64,000 nucleotides of DNA from Octopus vulgaris (Eukaryota): the NCBI GenBank assembly GCA_951406725.2, contig OX597821.1, forward strand, positions 104,098,001 to 104,162,000, written 5' to 3'. The notes beneath the pieces are model-generated. The model was not told the DNA's origin. It did not search any database and worked only from the letters and a program-made list of their open reading frames with translations. Each line of letters begins with the position of its first letter. Position 1 is the first letter of the stretch. A program made the translations under genes and the position numbers. Positions 28,513 through 42,630 of this stretch are shown one piece after another.

Positions 28513-29928
28513 TTTTATATATATATGCATACATGCATGCATATATAGATGAATACACACAGTAAAAGTGTCTATTGATCGCAACATACAAATTGTATAT
28601 AAAGAGCGGAAAATTTAAGTAAAACGAACAGTGGTTTTGTTTTCAACTAATTTCATTACTTTATCCTTTAAACGTGTTTTAAACATGGAGAATGCTCTGA
28701 GAACCTAACTGCAAAGAAAAAGGAATGGATGAGATGCCACCACATGTTCAGAACTATAATGAAAAATTAGCCAATTAACGCTTTTTTATTTGATGGTTGA
28801 ATTGCCTCATTAATCCTCAAATTTCCAATTTTCTGGGCTGTGGATTTTCCGTTAGCCATAATATTATATTCACTGATATTTTTTGACATATGTACAAATG
28901 CTTTCTTTTAAGCGTATGTGCAGCATATGAACGGGGCATCCTGTTCTAGACTGGATTTGTTTATATTTCAATTAACCATTTGAAAGTCAGTATGAACATA
29001 CTAAAATTCTATGTACAGATTTTACAATAGAAAATTATTTGGCAGTCGAAAATGTGGCAGCGTTGTAAGCAGTTTGATTCTCAACCACCTGATTGCGTGT
29101 TCAGTGCCATTGCGTTGCACCTTACAGTCACTAGGGCCTAGTAAATCGGTAAATGGGTTTGGTATACATTAATTGAAAGACCCATATCGTGTGTATGTGT
29201 ATCTGTATGTACGTAAATATATATATGCGTTTATGTGTTATATGTAGGTATAGTTGTGTGTGTATCTTTTTGTGAGTGTGTAGGTATCCTTGCGTCTCTC
29301 ATTTGTCCATAATGACTATATAAAACGAACATTGGCAGACTTGATAGGAAGTGTACATTGATTCATTTTAGGAATAGACAACCTTGAGTTTATGTCGCTT
29401 GTTGAAAATCATGCATAAAAAATTGGTATAAATAACAGTTTTGAACAAGATATGTACACTAAACCAACTTGGAAATTAGAACGGTGACATGAAATAGTCA
29501 AATATTGTGAAGTAAATAAACATATATAAGACAATTAGATGACAGACAGATATAAGAATAAGAATAAACAAAAGGTAGCGAAATGATATTGTAGGTAGAT
29601 TTCATTAATGTTTCGTTACTGCAGAAAAATAATGCTGAAGATACGATGATAGATAACAGGAGCGTATCTGCTCTATGATAAAGTTTCACCTTACGGTAAC
29701 GTTATCATCTCTAGGTGTTACAGATACGAACTAAAACGCCGTGTACCATTTTAAAACGTTCCTTTGCATTTTGAGTTCAATACCAGCGAAGATCAACGTC
29801 GCATTTTATCTTTACGCATTCGATAAAATACTTTATAGGTGAAGTAACAAAGATTAAAATATTCGAATTGACCATTCGTACAAGTCATGAGGAACCTTGT
29901 ATCAATGTTAGAAATATTTATTATCATA

Positions 29929-30439
29929 CTGTAAATCCTCGAATATAGTTCGCCCTTGAGTATAATACGCATGGGATATTTAGGGGGCTGTACCTCTGAA
30001 AAAACCTAAACCATGTGTATAATACGCACCCCTTCTCTAACTTGAGTCAAGGAGGTCTATATAACGCCCTTGGTTTGTAACAATGAATATGGTAATGTGC
30101 TTTATTATTATTGTATATATAACATAATGCAAACGTGTAGCTTTTTGTGCATTTTGTTTGCAGGAAATAAAGAAATAACAGTAATAACGTTTAATAAATG
30201 TTGCTTACTGCAAGTTAGGGATGATTCTTTTATGACTTCATTGCTTTCAGGATTAGCTTAAGGTATTTTCGCACCCGACATCACAAAATGCATCTGAATA
30301 AACATAGCCGGACAGCAAATAGAGACTCGGACATTGCTTAGAAAATAATTTTCATTTTTAACCTCGTATATAGTAAGTACTAGGGATTTTGACCTTTAAA
30401 TTTTGGGAAAAAATTCGTATTATACTCGAGGATTTACGG
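29929..30439. mobile_element. Non-autonomous Tc1/mariner-superfamily element (pogo/Tc2-type ends)
   Basis: TIRs CTGTAAATCCTCGAATATA / TATACTCGAGGATTTACGG, with TA on both sides and an internal sub-terminal repeat tataatacgca. Confidence 0.85.
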
Positions 30440-30936
30440 TATGCGGAAAGGGTAGTAGACTGTTAACATCGTTAAGGCTTTCTACTAATTCTTCCTTACT
30501 TTTTACGCCCTAGGTTCAAACATTCTATACGCCACTAATCCTTTCGGATTAGATAAAGTTAACTAATAGTCAGATCGAAGACCTTCTCGCTTCTGATCTG
30601 GCTATGTTGTATCTAAATGAGATACTGAAATAATGATATTACTCTCAAATTTCGGCCATGGGTCAACAATTTTCAATAGAGGGCAAGTCAGTTTCATCGA
30701 CCTTACTTCTCGAAAGTACTTATTTCATCGGCATTCGAACTAAAATGAAAAGCTGGAGGAAATGCTGCTCAGCGTTTTGAGCGAGAGGCTAACAATTCTT
30801 CCAGCTCAAAACTGTAACTATAATGAAATTACAAAAAAATAATCCTTTCTACTAAAGACACAATATTTGAAATTTTAGGTGATTGAGAAAATCAATTTCA
30901 TCCAGTTCATGCTAACAGCTGGGTGCGCTTGCGATG

Positions 30937-30976
<40 letters not shown>

Positions 30977-31030
30977 TAATAATAATAATAATAATAATAA
31001 TGATAATAATAATAATAGTAGTAGTAGTAA

Positions 31031-31087
<57 letters not shown>

Positions 31088-31127
31088 CAGCAGCAGCAGC
31101 AGTAGTGGTAGTTGTAGTAGTAGTAGT

Positions 31128-31690
31128 AATAATAAATGCCCTGATGGAGTACCAGACAGTGGCTCGCTTGCTTCTGATCTTAACTGATTGGAAGTGTTAT
31201 CATGTACATTGTTTTGTCTTGGTATAAAAGAGGGGAAAATATTCTGCTCAATACCACAGATTTGCTTGTGAGTTGTTTGACCATAACCAGTTGAGCATGT
31301 CCCTTAGTGGCTGACGCTATGTGCATCTCTGATCACGAGCAGAAGTAGTGGGGGAGCATCATAGCCATGTGTTGAGAGAGATTCTTTGGGGTTTGAATAA
31401 TTCACCTCTGGAAACATGGGTGTTTTGTTCAACATCTATATACAATCCTTATTCAGGGACCATTTAAGCGCAATGGGTTACTTAACAAGAAGAAAACTCT
31501 ACCTGAGCCCCACCTGCAAGGTCTTGTGCTGTTTATCTTTATATGAGATCACAATTTCGCGCACATATGGTTGTGATGCATGTGCCTGGTGAACCCTTAT
31601 CAGACGGGTAGTCATGATGGGTATACTGGGCTTCGTATATTTTACCCCAGTGTCACTTTCATGGCATGCACTGCTCTCTCACTCAATAAT
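31128..31690. mobile_element. ~560-bp non-coding insert between (TAA)n/(TAG)n tracts, probably a microsatellite-targeting non-autonomous retroelement
   Basis: Complex sequence bounded sharply by trinucleotide repeats on both sides; no recognisable ORF. Confidence 0.45.
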
Positions 31691-31789
31691 AATAATAATA
31701 ACAACAACAACATCAACATCATCAAGAAGAAGAAGAAGAAGAAGAAGAAGAAGAAGAAGAAGAAGATATTAATAATAATAATAATGACA

Positions 31790-32008
31790 ATCCTTTTTCC
31801 TGGAGTCACAAGTCCTCAAAAGTATGATGTGGAGGGGTCTAGTCGATTACATCGATCCAGTGTTTCACCGGTGCTTAATTTATCGACCCCAAAATGATGA
31901 AAGGCAAAGTCGACCTCGGCGGAATTTGAAATCTGAACGTAAAGATGGACGAAATGCCGCTAAGCACTTTGTCCGGCGTGGTGACGATTCTACCAGTTCA
32001 CTGCCTTA
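31790..32008 (-). mobile_element. tRNA-derived SINE (family with cctttcatcctttcggggtcgataaa core)
   Basis: tttatcgacccc.aaa.gatgaaaggcaaagtcgacctcggcggaatttgaa is shared with 39156, 56980, 60168 and 60855. Confidence 0.8.
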
Positions 32009-32029
32009 AGCTTCCTACTAGTAATAACA

Positions 32030-32405
32030 ATAATTATTTTGTCTACTTCCCACGTCTTTGAGTCTTGCTGTTGTTGATTCTGTGAGAGCAGACAGCAACC
32101 TGCATTTAAAGGTCTCGCAGGATCTCCTTGCGCAAATTCTAAGCTTTGGTACTTGGATGTAATTTATCGAAGAAGACACTCAAAACCCAAAAACCAAACC
32201 TCACAATTCTAACATCCTTAATTGAGGAGTTTTTAGGGCCTGCTCTGGCCTCATGTCAATTTCAATTTCTCTGAAACGTTTCTCGATCCTTGATGCTAGT
32301 GTCCCCAGTATTCTGTAACTACAGAGATAACAGTTACATTCCACATTGACCACGTACTTGCAATTTCGTCTTTTAGTAGTCTGTATTTCTTCGTCTGGAA
32401 AATTA
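32030..32405 (-). mobile_element. R4/Dong-type (restriction-like endonuclease) LINE 3' remnant
   Basis: TKKYRLLKDEIASTWSMWNVTVISVV resembles the RLE motif K..KY..L..EI...W.M..V.VIPVV. Embedded in trinucleotide microsatellites. Confidence 0.6.
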
Positions 32406-32433
32406 TTACCATCACCATCATCGTCATTATTAT

Positions 32434-32494
<61 letters not shown>

Positions 32495-32608
32495 GCTGCT
32501 GCTACTGCTGCTGCTGCTACTATCATTATCATTGTCGCTAGCTGAATAAGGAAGATCAGGAAATGTACAGACGCATAATCACATTAAGCTTTGCGCATAA
32601 TTATCAAT

Positions 32609-32669
<61 letters not shown>

Positions 32670-32981
32670 TTTCTGTGTGTGTGTATGTGTGCGTGTGTCT
32701 GTATATATTTTAATGTATATATGAACACATGTATTTGTATTTGTGTGTGGGTGTATTTGTGTGAAAATGCGCGCATGTGCGCGGTGGTAAATATGTGTTT
32801 ATGTGTGCGCCTACGCGTGGACGGTGTTAGTACGTGACATTTCTGTTGTTGACAGTGACACGTTACTATGATAAGTCACAACTAATTAATTTTCACGCTT
32901 TGTCGGACTTCAGGAAACGAAATTACTCCGAACACGGGATCAGAATAGCACGTTATGAAATATCATTACATATACATATAC

Positions 32982-33068
<87 letters not shown>

Positions 33069-33177
33069 TATATATTTATATACATAAATATATATATATG
33101 TAAAAATAATTATATATATATATATATATATATACCCACATACATGTATATATATACACACATACATATACACATAT

Positions 33178-33221
<44 letters not shown>

Positions 33222-33316
33222 TTATATACATATAAAGATATAGATATATATCAACACGCTAATATATGTAAATACATGTACGTATATACATATAAAATAG
33301 GTATGCATATGTGTAA

Positions 33317-33348
<32 letters not shown>

Positions 33349-33367
33349 TCGTATATATTCGTATATG

Positions 33368-33410
<43 letters not shown>

Positions 33411-33745
33411 ATACATACACACATATGCACAACCACAAACACAGACACACACACAGGCACACACACAGACACACACATACAGACACACACACATACACAA
33501 ATATATATACACACACATCCATATCCCATACATATTCATGTGGTGATTGAAATACACCTAAATGAAGACTTTGTCGTCACAGACAGAATAAAGATAGACT
33601 GAGAACGAATAACTGTGCAGAGATAGACATATTAATTTCTAGTTAGATAATGAAGGGAAATGAGAAGCTTGAAATCGATTCTGTGCAGAAGTATATTCAT
33701 GACAAAATATGCAAATAGACATATATCTATATATATATATATATA

Positions 33746-33776
<31 letters not shown>

Positions 33777-33930
33777 GCCCTTGCAGAGATATACATTATG
33801 TAAGATCGAGGAAAGTCCGCTGAATACCTTGGATTTGAAAGATATAACAAGCACCGAATTTGACGGCCCTGAATATTACCAAAGGTCCCATCTGCCCCAT
33901 GTAAAGCAAGGACCCATTATTGAAACAGCT

Positions 33931-34157
33931 TTTACTCTTTTACTCTTTTTTACTTGTTTCAGTCATTTGACTGCGGCCATGCTGGAGCACCGCCTTTAGC
34001 CGTGCAAATCGACCCCCGGGAATTATTCTTTGTAAGCCCAGTACTTATTCTATCGGTCCCTTTTACCGAACCGCTAAGTGACGGGGACGTAAACACACCA
34101 GCATCGGTTGTCAAGCAATGCTACGGGGACAAACACAGACACACAAACACACACACA

Positions 34158-34199
<42 letters not shown>

Positions 34200-34345
34200 A
34201 CAGGCTTCTTTCAGTTTCCGTCTACCAAATCCACTCACAAGGCATTGGTCGGCCCGGGGCTATAGCGGAAGACACTTGCCTAAGATTGAACCCGGAACCA
34301 TGTGGCTGGTTAGCAAGCTACTTACCACACAGCCACTCCTGCGCC
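33931..34345 (-). mobile_element. tRNA-derived SINE with an internal (TA)n/(TG)n tract
   Basis: Minus-strand head ggcgcaggagtggctgtgtggtaag...ggttccgggttcaa; tail ...gctccagcatggccgcagtcaaatgactgaaacaagtaaaa. Further copies or fragments near 6340, 14900, 38023, 38745, 44890, 46640 and 50660. Confidence 0.85.
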
Positions 34346-35155
34346 TATTTAGTATTTTTCGGATCAACCTCATAAATTTGCGTTATCTAGATATTAACGT
34401 CGTCAAAGAGTCTCTGGAAAAAAGTTTTGACAGAAATACCCCACTGAAACCTTATCGCGGCAGGAGGCACGAAGAAAAGCAGCTGCCGCTAGCTGGCTAA
34501 TTCACCACAAACAGTATGGAAAACAAACGCAAACACACTGAAAGGCAGTGCTCCAGCCTGGCCTCGGCCTCTGTCTGAAACTAGTAAGATAAAAGTAAAT
34601 ATATATTTATATTCATATGAATATATATTTACACACCTATGTGTATACATACGCATATTTTTTCTATCTTTTTCTTTTATTCTGTTACTTGTTTCCCTCA
34701 TTTTACTGCAGCCATGATGGAATATTTGCATAATTATTGTTAAAATGTGCAAGTACATATAGACGCAAAATATTCCGGGTGCTGTAGTGTATGTCGTAGA
34801 AGATAAACGCCAAAAGTGTGCCCATCACACTCGTTTTGAGGGCGTGGTGGGTGCTAGGTGCAGTTGTTGCAGTCATGTTGAATAAATTGTTATCTCCCAG
34901 CCTAATTTTTGTTCATATTTTATTATTTACATTGTGTTTTCTTTCCCTTTCATGCAAACTATCAAAATTGGCCCGAATTTTCCATAGATTTTACACACTT
35001 ATTTACACTGATATCGACATACAGACATACCGTTACCCAGACACACACACATACTTTTAATTATAAACACAAATTTTCTGATAAGATTTTTAAATTTTAG
35101 AATCTATTTTCATCGAGAATTCTATTTTTGAATCATTTTTGAATCTTTATTTTTC

Positions 35156-35315
35156 TAGGGCACTGAAAGTGTGCCTAAAGCCAGCTGGAGACGATGATCT
35201 CCTGGGGCTAAAAGCTACAGTAACACACTCCCTTAGTGGTTAACCATATTGAGATGGCTAGTATACTTTACGTTGTCGAGCAGTTACTGTTTACATCTCG
35301 TTCAGAGATTTATTA
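35156..35315. repeat. Structured repeat, copy 1 (partner 47614-47775)
   Basis: Aligns end-to-end with 47614-47775; several stems are conserved; followed by (TA)n. Confidence 0.8.
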
Positions 35316-35691
35316 TTGCCATATATATATATGTGTGTGTGTATATATGTATGTACATATATATGTATATGTATATACGTATGTATATATTTGGTGAAAG
35401 TAAGTACATAGCTTCAACCATCATATAAATTATTAATGTTACACGTCAATGCAATGTCGATTCGTCATGATGTATGAACTTATAAATAGAAATCTTGTCC
35501 ACTAATATTTTATGGCGACCCAGAATTATCAACCCGCTTCAACACACGAATATAATATAGAAACTTCTGATATGCGAAAGCTGAATTCGTCTCAAAAACC
35601 GAAAGTGAAGCAAAAAATACCATTCACAATATACTGATGATAGGTCAGAGTTGAATCTTTCGATTTCCTTCTTCCCCACTCTGTGTGCGCG

Positions 35692-35749
<58 letters not shown>

Positions 35750-35831
35750 TATATATACATATATATATATACATATATATACATATATATATATACTTAT
35801 ATACATATATATATGTATACTTATACATACA

Positions 35832-35867
<36 letters not shown>

Positions 35868-36304
35868 TATACTTATAAATATATATAAGTGTATATATAT
35901 TCATATATACGTATGTATGTGCATGTATATATATACATAAATATATATATATAAATGAATATATATATATATAGCTATATATATATATGGCTATACGTTT
36001 ATATACATGGCTATATGCTTCTATATGTGTGTGTGTACATGTGTGTGTGTACATGTGTGTGTGTACATGTGTGTGTATGTGTGTATGTTTTTGCATGTGC
36101 GCACGTGGTTGTGTATGTATGTATATACAGTGTGGAACTTCGTTTGCAGAAACTGATCAAAGTTTTTCAGATTTATAAATAACGAATATATGACTCCAAA
36201 TAGTTATTCCTGTACCTGATCTTTTATCTCTTGTACTTTTGTGTCTGTGTATGTGCATAGGAGTGTGGGTGTGTGTATGTGTGGTACATTCATCCATGCA
36301 TCCA

Positions 36305-36371
<67 letters not shown>

Positions 36372-37093
36372 TATATAAATACATAGATAGATAGATAGAT
36401 ATAAATATATAATATGGTATTAATTATATATTAATATATGCATATATACATATATACATATATATGTATATATACATGCATACATATATATGTACATATA
36501 TACCTACATATATATGTATACATACATGCCTACATATATATGTATATATACATGCATATATATGCATATACCTACATATATATGTATATATACATGCATA
36601 CATGGTTACAGGGCATCAAAACAAAAAAAAAACGTTAAACATATTGAGAAAGGAAAACATAAAAACAAGAACATAGAAAATGAACTTTTTTTTCGAACAA
36701 AGAAAAAAAACAGAGAAACACGACATACAACATAACGAATATTCTCATTCTTCAGTTCCTGTTTCATCTACTCCGCGTTCGAAGGTAAGGACAATACGCG
36801 TCTTCCTTGAAACAATCCCTCCAGCAAAGCAAATTAAATAATATTTAGGATTTTTTGTGGAGGGTGAAAGTGTTAAGAAGAACAGAAAAGTGAGAACACG
36901 ACAGTAAATTATCCTGTCTGTGTATCTATATGTGTATACACACACACGGACGGACACACGCACGCACGCACACACACACGCACACACACGCACACACACA
37001 TACACACACATACACACACACGCACACACACACACAGAAATATATATACACAGAGAGATTAATAGATAGACAGAGAAATAGGTAGATAGTGAC

Positions 37094-37168
<75 letters not shown>

Positions 37169-38022
37169 CAGACAGCTATAATATCTGATTTGAATTACGT
37201 GAGTCTTAGGGGGAAACTGAAATTTCGAGCCATGATTGTAACGTTGAAAGCAATGTTTATTACTCACATCACAGCAATTATGTAATTCATCCATATCTTT
37301 CAATCATGTTCCTGTCTTTGTTTCACATTCGCATAACAGTTAATTAAGAGAGGACAACAAAATGCATAACACGTTACATATCTCTGGACGAGAGTGGTGA
37401 ACCGCCTAGAAACAGAGTTCCTCAATCCAAAGACATGATCGATGTTTCATCCGGATTGATCTGCCCTCTTCAGTCTCATAAATGAGCTCGATGTGTTAAG
37501 CCGGATGAAAGCGTAAATCCACCAAAGATACATCGGTATCGAATCACTACTTGTGAGTACACTCACCAGATCACCAGAGTTTTTTTATATAACTGCCAGT
37601 GTTCTGCCTGTGTCCCGAAATTTGAGATAATTATTGTAGTGATTATTTACCAATTGTCTTCATAAAATATGTGTTTATCACTGAAAAGAGGCTGAAAAAA
37701 GTGAGAAAATATAGAAAGTGAATAATTAATAATTAGGAATAGAGTGGGAATATATAACCTCTAAATGCTAGGTGTAGGTCTTTAAAGAATGAGGGCTAAC
37801 TTTTTACATTGATGCAGAGTACTTTAGAAGTAATCACTTTAATTCCATCAAAGCAGAAAGGACTGTTTTTAAAATGGAAATATAACCCTAGGCAAAGTAC
37901 TTTTCGTAACGGAAAAGGAAAGGAGTGACACAGATGGCAGTAAGTTTAATTTGTAAAAGTTAATCTTGGGTCAGGTGCGAACAAAAAACAAACAAAAAAA
38001 AACCCAATTACGATGACATATA

Positions 38023-38186
38023 GGCGCAGCGGTGGCTGTGCGGTAACTAGTTTCCTTATCAACCACATGGTTCCGTGTTCAGTCCCACTGCGTGGCACTT
38101 TGTGCAACTATCTTCTACTATAGCCTCGGGCCGATCAAATCTCTGTGAGTGGATTTGGTAGACGGAAATGGAAAGAAGCCTGTGGC

Positions 38187-38227
<41 letters not shown>

Positions 38228-38228
38228 C

Positions 38229-38277
<49 letters not shown>

Positions 38278-38454
38278 TACATATATAGTATTCAAAGAAA
38301 TTCCAACTCTGTTTTTTATGTTTTATTTATATTTTATTTTTATTTATATGAAATGAATTAATGATTGTCTTATTGAATAGATGAAATATTGAATACAAAA
38401 TATTAAGGGACTAGTAATCTTTCTTGCATTAAAGCAGTCTTCAAGGTCCCAGGT

Positions 38455-38514
<60 letters not shown>

Positions 38515-38706
38515 TGTTTGTCCCCCACCATCGCTTGGCAACCGATGCCGGTGTGTTTACGTGCTCGTAACTCAGCGGTTCAGGTAAGTTACGAGGTTAG
38601 TATAAGTATTAGGCTTACAAAGAATAAGTCCTGGTGTCGAATTGTTCGAGTAAAGGCGGTGCTCCAGCATGGCCGCGGTCAAATGACTGAAACAAATAAA
38701 AGAGTA
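38023..38706 (+). mobile_element. SINE of the 33931 family, with an expanded central microsatellite and a ~180-bp insert
   Basis: Head ggcgcagcggtggctgtgcggtaa...gttcagtcccactgcgtggcac; tail ...gcatggccgcggtcaaatgactgaaacaaataaaagag. Confidence 0.8.
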
Positions 38707-38744
38707 AATGACTAACAAAGAAAAAAAAAGTAAACATATGTTAC

Positions 38745-38935
38745 TTTTATCTTTTCGGTATTTCAGTTGTTTTACTGCGGCCATTCTGGGGCATACGCTT
38801 GAGGAATTTTTCGTCGAATGAGTTGATCTCTGGTACTTATTCTATCGAGCTTGTATGTCGAACCGCTAGGGTTGCAGGATCGGATACGCACCAACAGCTG
38901 TTGTCAAGTTGTGATGGGAGGCAAACATATGTACA

Positions 38936-38982
<47 letters not shown>

Positions 38983-39474
38983 ACACAGAGAATAGAAAAC
39001 ATTCATACACACGTATATATGAATACATGATGGCCTTCTTTCGGTTTCTGTCTACGAAATCTACTCACAAGAGTTTGGTCGTCCCAAGAATATACTAGAA
39101 GACACGTGCCAAAGGCACCACGCCTTGGCACCATGGGCATATGTCTTCTAGTATATATTTCTTTACTACCCACAAGGGGCTAAGCACAGAGGGGACAAAC
39201 AGGACAGACAAACGGATTAAGTCGATTACACCGACCCCACTGCGTAACTGGTACTTAATTTATCGACCCCGAAAGGATGAAAGGCAAAGTCGACCTCGGC
39301 GGAATTTGAACTCAGAACGTAACGGTAGACGAAATACGGCTACGCATTTCGCCCGACGTGCTAACGTTTCTGCCAGCTCACCGCCTTCCATATGTCTTCT
39401 AGTATAACCTCACAGTGGGTCTAAACTCGGAACCATCCGGTTGAGAGCCAAACATCTTACCATACAGCCACGCC
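38745..39474 (-). mobile_element. SINE of the 33931 family (inverted), interrupted by another SINE
   Basis: Reverse-complement tail at 38745-38930; head at 39410-39474 (cttaccatacagccacgcctg). Confidence 0.75.
39156..39388 (-). mobile_element. Young tRNA-derived SINE with an exact 18-bp target-site duplication
   Basis: TSD catatgtcttctagtata at 39138-39155 and 39389-39406; the body closely matches 60168-60398. Confidence 0.92.
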
Positions 39475-39581
39475 TGATGGTAATTCATGCAAAGTCTGTT
39501 TTCTAGCGTTGGTACAAAGTCAGATATCTAGTGATAGGCTAAGAGGTATAGGTCATTAAATCGATTTTTTGACTGGTATGT

Positions 39582-39613
<32 letters not shown>

Positions 39614-39804
39614 GTGCTCGAAAGCGGACCAGTGTGATACAAACGCATAAGGCAAAGACGCGATATTAAATACTATAAGTGAAGAGAGAAAGTATTTTGG
39701 AATATTCCTCTGTAATAGAGTTAGGGCTGAGTTCCTTTCATTGCCACATTTTCTTTTTACCGCAATTTTCTACAAAGGAAAAGAAAATCTTTACTTACAC
39801 CCAT

Positions 39805-40117
39805 GTGGATGTACATGGCCTAGTGGTTAGAGCAGCGGACTCGCGGTCGAGGAACTGCGGGTCCGAATCTCAGACCGGCGATGTGAGTGTTTACGAGCGA
39901 AACACCTTAGCTTCCCGCGGCTCCAGCAGACGGTAATGGCGAACGTCTACTCACTCTTTCGCCACAACTATCTCTCACTCTTTCCCCCTGCAGCTAGCAG
40001 CTCACCTGCGACGGACCGGCGTCCCGTCCACGTGGGGAACCTCTACGACAAGGAAACCAGGAAACGGGCCCTTATGAGCCAGGCGTGACTCGAGAAGGAA
40101 CAAACAAACAACAACAA
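39805..40117 (+). mobile_element. tRNA-derived SINE with a (CAA)n tail
   Basis: A box TGGCCTAGTGG; head shared with 21591; imperfect TSD acttacacccat / acttatgcccat. Confidence 0.85.
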
Positions 40118-40189
40118 ACTTATGCCCATCCTGCTTTACACTAGCAGCATTAACAGCTTCAGTAACATGAACTCAAACAGAAATATAAT

Positions 40190-41000
40190 GGAATATTAAT
40201 CAACATTATTGTATATAGATGATATTAAGTTGGTTGTTGGAAATTAAAGATAGATTTACACACTGAAACGGATATCGGTTTCAAATTTTGGCACAAGGCC
40301 AGCAAGTTTGGGGGAGGGGATAACGCGATTACATCGACCCTAGTGTTCAGCTGGTTCTTATTTTATCTGCTCTTATTATTTTTATTTATGCGCGCTTTTC
40401 AAGCCTATCCAAGCTCATAGGCTCGATTTTCCGGTTTCTGTGGCGTATGTGTTCCTCCCCAGTTGGACGGGACGCCAGTCCATCGCAGCGTTACTCAAGA
40501 AACAGGAAGAGAGTGGAAGAGAAAGTTGGGGCGAAAGAGTACAACAGGGGTCGCCACAACACCCTGCCAGAGCCTCGTTGAGCTTTAGGTGTTTTCGCTC
40601 AAGAAACACAAACAACGCTCGGTTTGAGAATCGAAACCACGATCCTCCAACCGCGAGTCCGTTGCCCTAACCATTGGACCATTGCGCCTCCATTTTATCT
40701 CCTCTGAAACAATGTAAATCTAAGTCGATCCTGGTATTATTTGATCTCAGAACGTAAATACGGTACAACTACTGCAAAGCACTGTGTCTAGCGTTTTAAT
40801 GATTCTTCCAGCTCACCATCTACACATACTGAAACAAATATTACTAATTCCATATATGGCACTGGCGCGAGATTCGGGTTAGAAAAACATGTCGAGTTAA
40901 TACTGAAGGGAAGGCAATCAATTATGAACAATAAAGAGTGATGAGATTGAAGGGAGATAAGGGAATAATATCAGGCATAAACGTTCGTATTATTAAACAA
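40190..41000 (+). mobile_element. R4/Dong-type reverse transcriptase remnant split by nested SINEs
   Basis: LLYIDDIKL (YMDD-like motif) at ~40208-40235. It resumes as RFGLEKHVELILKG at ~40868-40910 after the SINE nest 40275-40820. Confidence 0.55.
40374..40692 (-). mobile_element. tRNA-derived SINE nested in an older SINE (40275-40820)
   Basis: Minus-strand head tggaggcgcaatggtccaatggttagggcaacggactcgcgg; TSD ttttatctgctct / ttttatctcctct. Confidence 0.85.
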
Positions 41001-41491
41001 TAATAAAGAGAAGGGTACAACAGGGACACAGCAAAGGAAAATGAATGAAAGGATATATTAGATTAACACGTGTGTTCACCATGTGCCCTCATGATGGATG
41101 AAACTATAGAAGATGTAATTGATAGCCTTACTATCTCAACATTCAAGAATACTCCAGAGATCCCAGATCAATAACTTATACTTGAACACAACTTGCAGAG
41201 GTAGTGAATATTTGTACTAGCATTAATTTTCCACGTTGCCTAATATCGCTTTCATTGCTGTGAGAAAAGATAGATTTAAGGGCAAGGGGTCTAGCAACTT
41301 TCCAGCTGCCGGAAATTGTGATCCATTGAAGAGTAAGTTGAACATGCTTGTCTAAATCTCTCTTCTGCGTAAGAGTTCCATCGAATAACTGTCACTATCA
41401 TACGCCTAGAGTATGTACCATTTCTTTGATATGATGCATACGATAGGCAGGAGAGGACGCGAGTTAATGTTATTTTTTTTATCAAAGAAAC

Positions 41492-41745
41492 GTTCTTGTT
41501 GTTGCTTAGTCCGCATCACTGCGTAAGGATCCTGGAGCCGGTTTCCGGTTTCTTTGGCGTATATACTTCTTTCCAGTACTAGACGCCGGTCCATCGCAGG
41601 ATTTTTTTGCCGGCTGAGCAGACTGGAGCAATATGAAATAAAGTGTGCCGTTCAAGAACACAATGCACCGCCCGGTCCAGGAATCGAAACCAAACACTTA
41701 AAATCAAGAGTCCAACACTCTCACTACAAAGCCAAGAACCTCCAC
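41492..41745 (-). mobile_element. tRNA-derived SINE (second head/core type, same tail as 39805)
   Basis: ccggtttccggtttctttggcgtata...ccggtccatcgcagg...ctggagcaa..tgaaataaagtgt...ggaatcgaaacc. Confidence 0.75.
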
Positions 41746-42331
41746 GAAATGTTTTTGTGACTTGGGGTTGATTGTGAAAGACGTTTTCCAGTGCCATTAT
41801 CGTTTCTAGAAACGTTGGCTGCTATAATCTTTTAATCCTTGCTTCTAATCTCTTTAGATCAATCTGTAGTTTATTGTTTTCTAATGCTACATCTCCGTTA
41901 TCGTTACCAAGGGAGACGAGCAAGAGGGAATTTCGAAACGAGCGTTGTTAAAGGTGAGGTAAACACTAAAACCTTGTTTACCTGCTGGAGTATTTTAAAA
42001 ATAATTTCTTTCTTGGACTCACCCTCAAAGCAAGCATGTCATTGTTTGTAAACTGCCAGAGAATATCCTACACGTTAGTCCTGCATACATGATATCTGTG
42101 TCTACTTACTGTTTCGGAAATCACTGAAAAGTTAAGCTGGAACAATAGAACACAGCAGAGATGTCTTTAGACGTGGAGAAACTCGCAACAAGACACCACG
42201 ACAGGAGGGGACCCATCCGTCACCCTTCTTTGCGTAAGCTGTAAGTTTTTCTTCCCCATAGTCAAATGAATCCTAGATATGACACAGAGTCAATGATTAC
42301 TTGAAAGCCTTGTGCTAAATATACCAATATG

Positions 42332-42630
42332 CATCATCATTCGTTTAACGTCCGCTTTCCATGCTAGCATGGGTTGGACGATTTTGACTGAGGGCTGGCG
42401 AACCAGATGGCTGCACCAGGCTCCAATCTTGATCTGGCAGAGTTTCCACAGCTGGATGCCCTTCCTAACGCCAACCACTCCGAGAGTGTAGTGGGTGTTT
42501 TTTACGTGCCACCGGCACGGAGGCCAGTTAGGTAGTACTGGCAACGACCTCGCTCGAATCTTTTTACATGTGCCACCGGCACAGGTGCCAGTGAAGCGAC
42601 GTTGGTAACGATCACGCCTCTTACGTGCCA
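42332..42630 (-). mobile_element. SINE-like element with a (GAT)n tail and internal ~65-bp repeats
   Basis: Minus strand ...ggttggcgttaggaagggcatccagctg...ggaaagcggacgttaaacgaatgatgatg; gtgccaccggcac is repeated. Confidence 0.65.

Noticed and set aside
37436-37512. Minus-strand CTGAAGA...GAAAC and a 10-bp inverted repeat
   Set aside because: No stem II adjacent to the core; could be chance.
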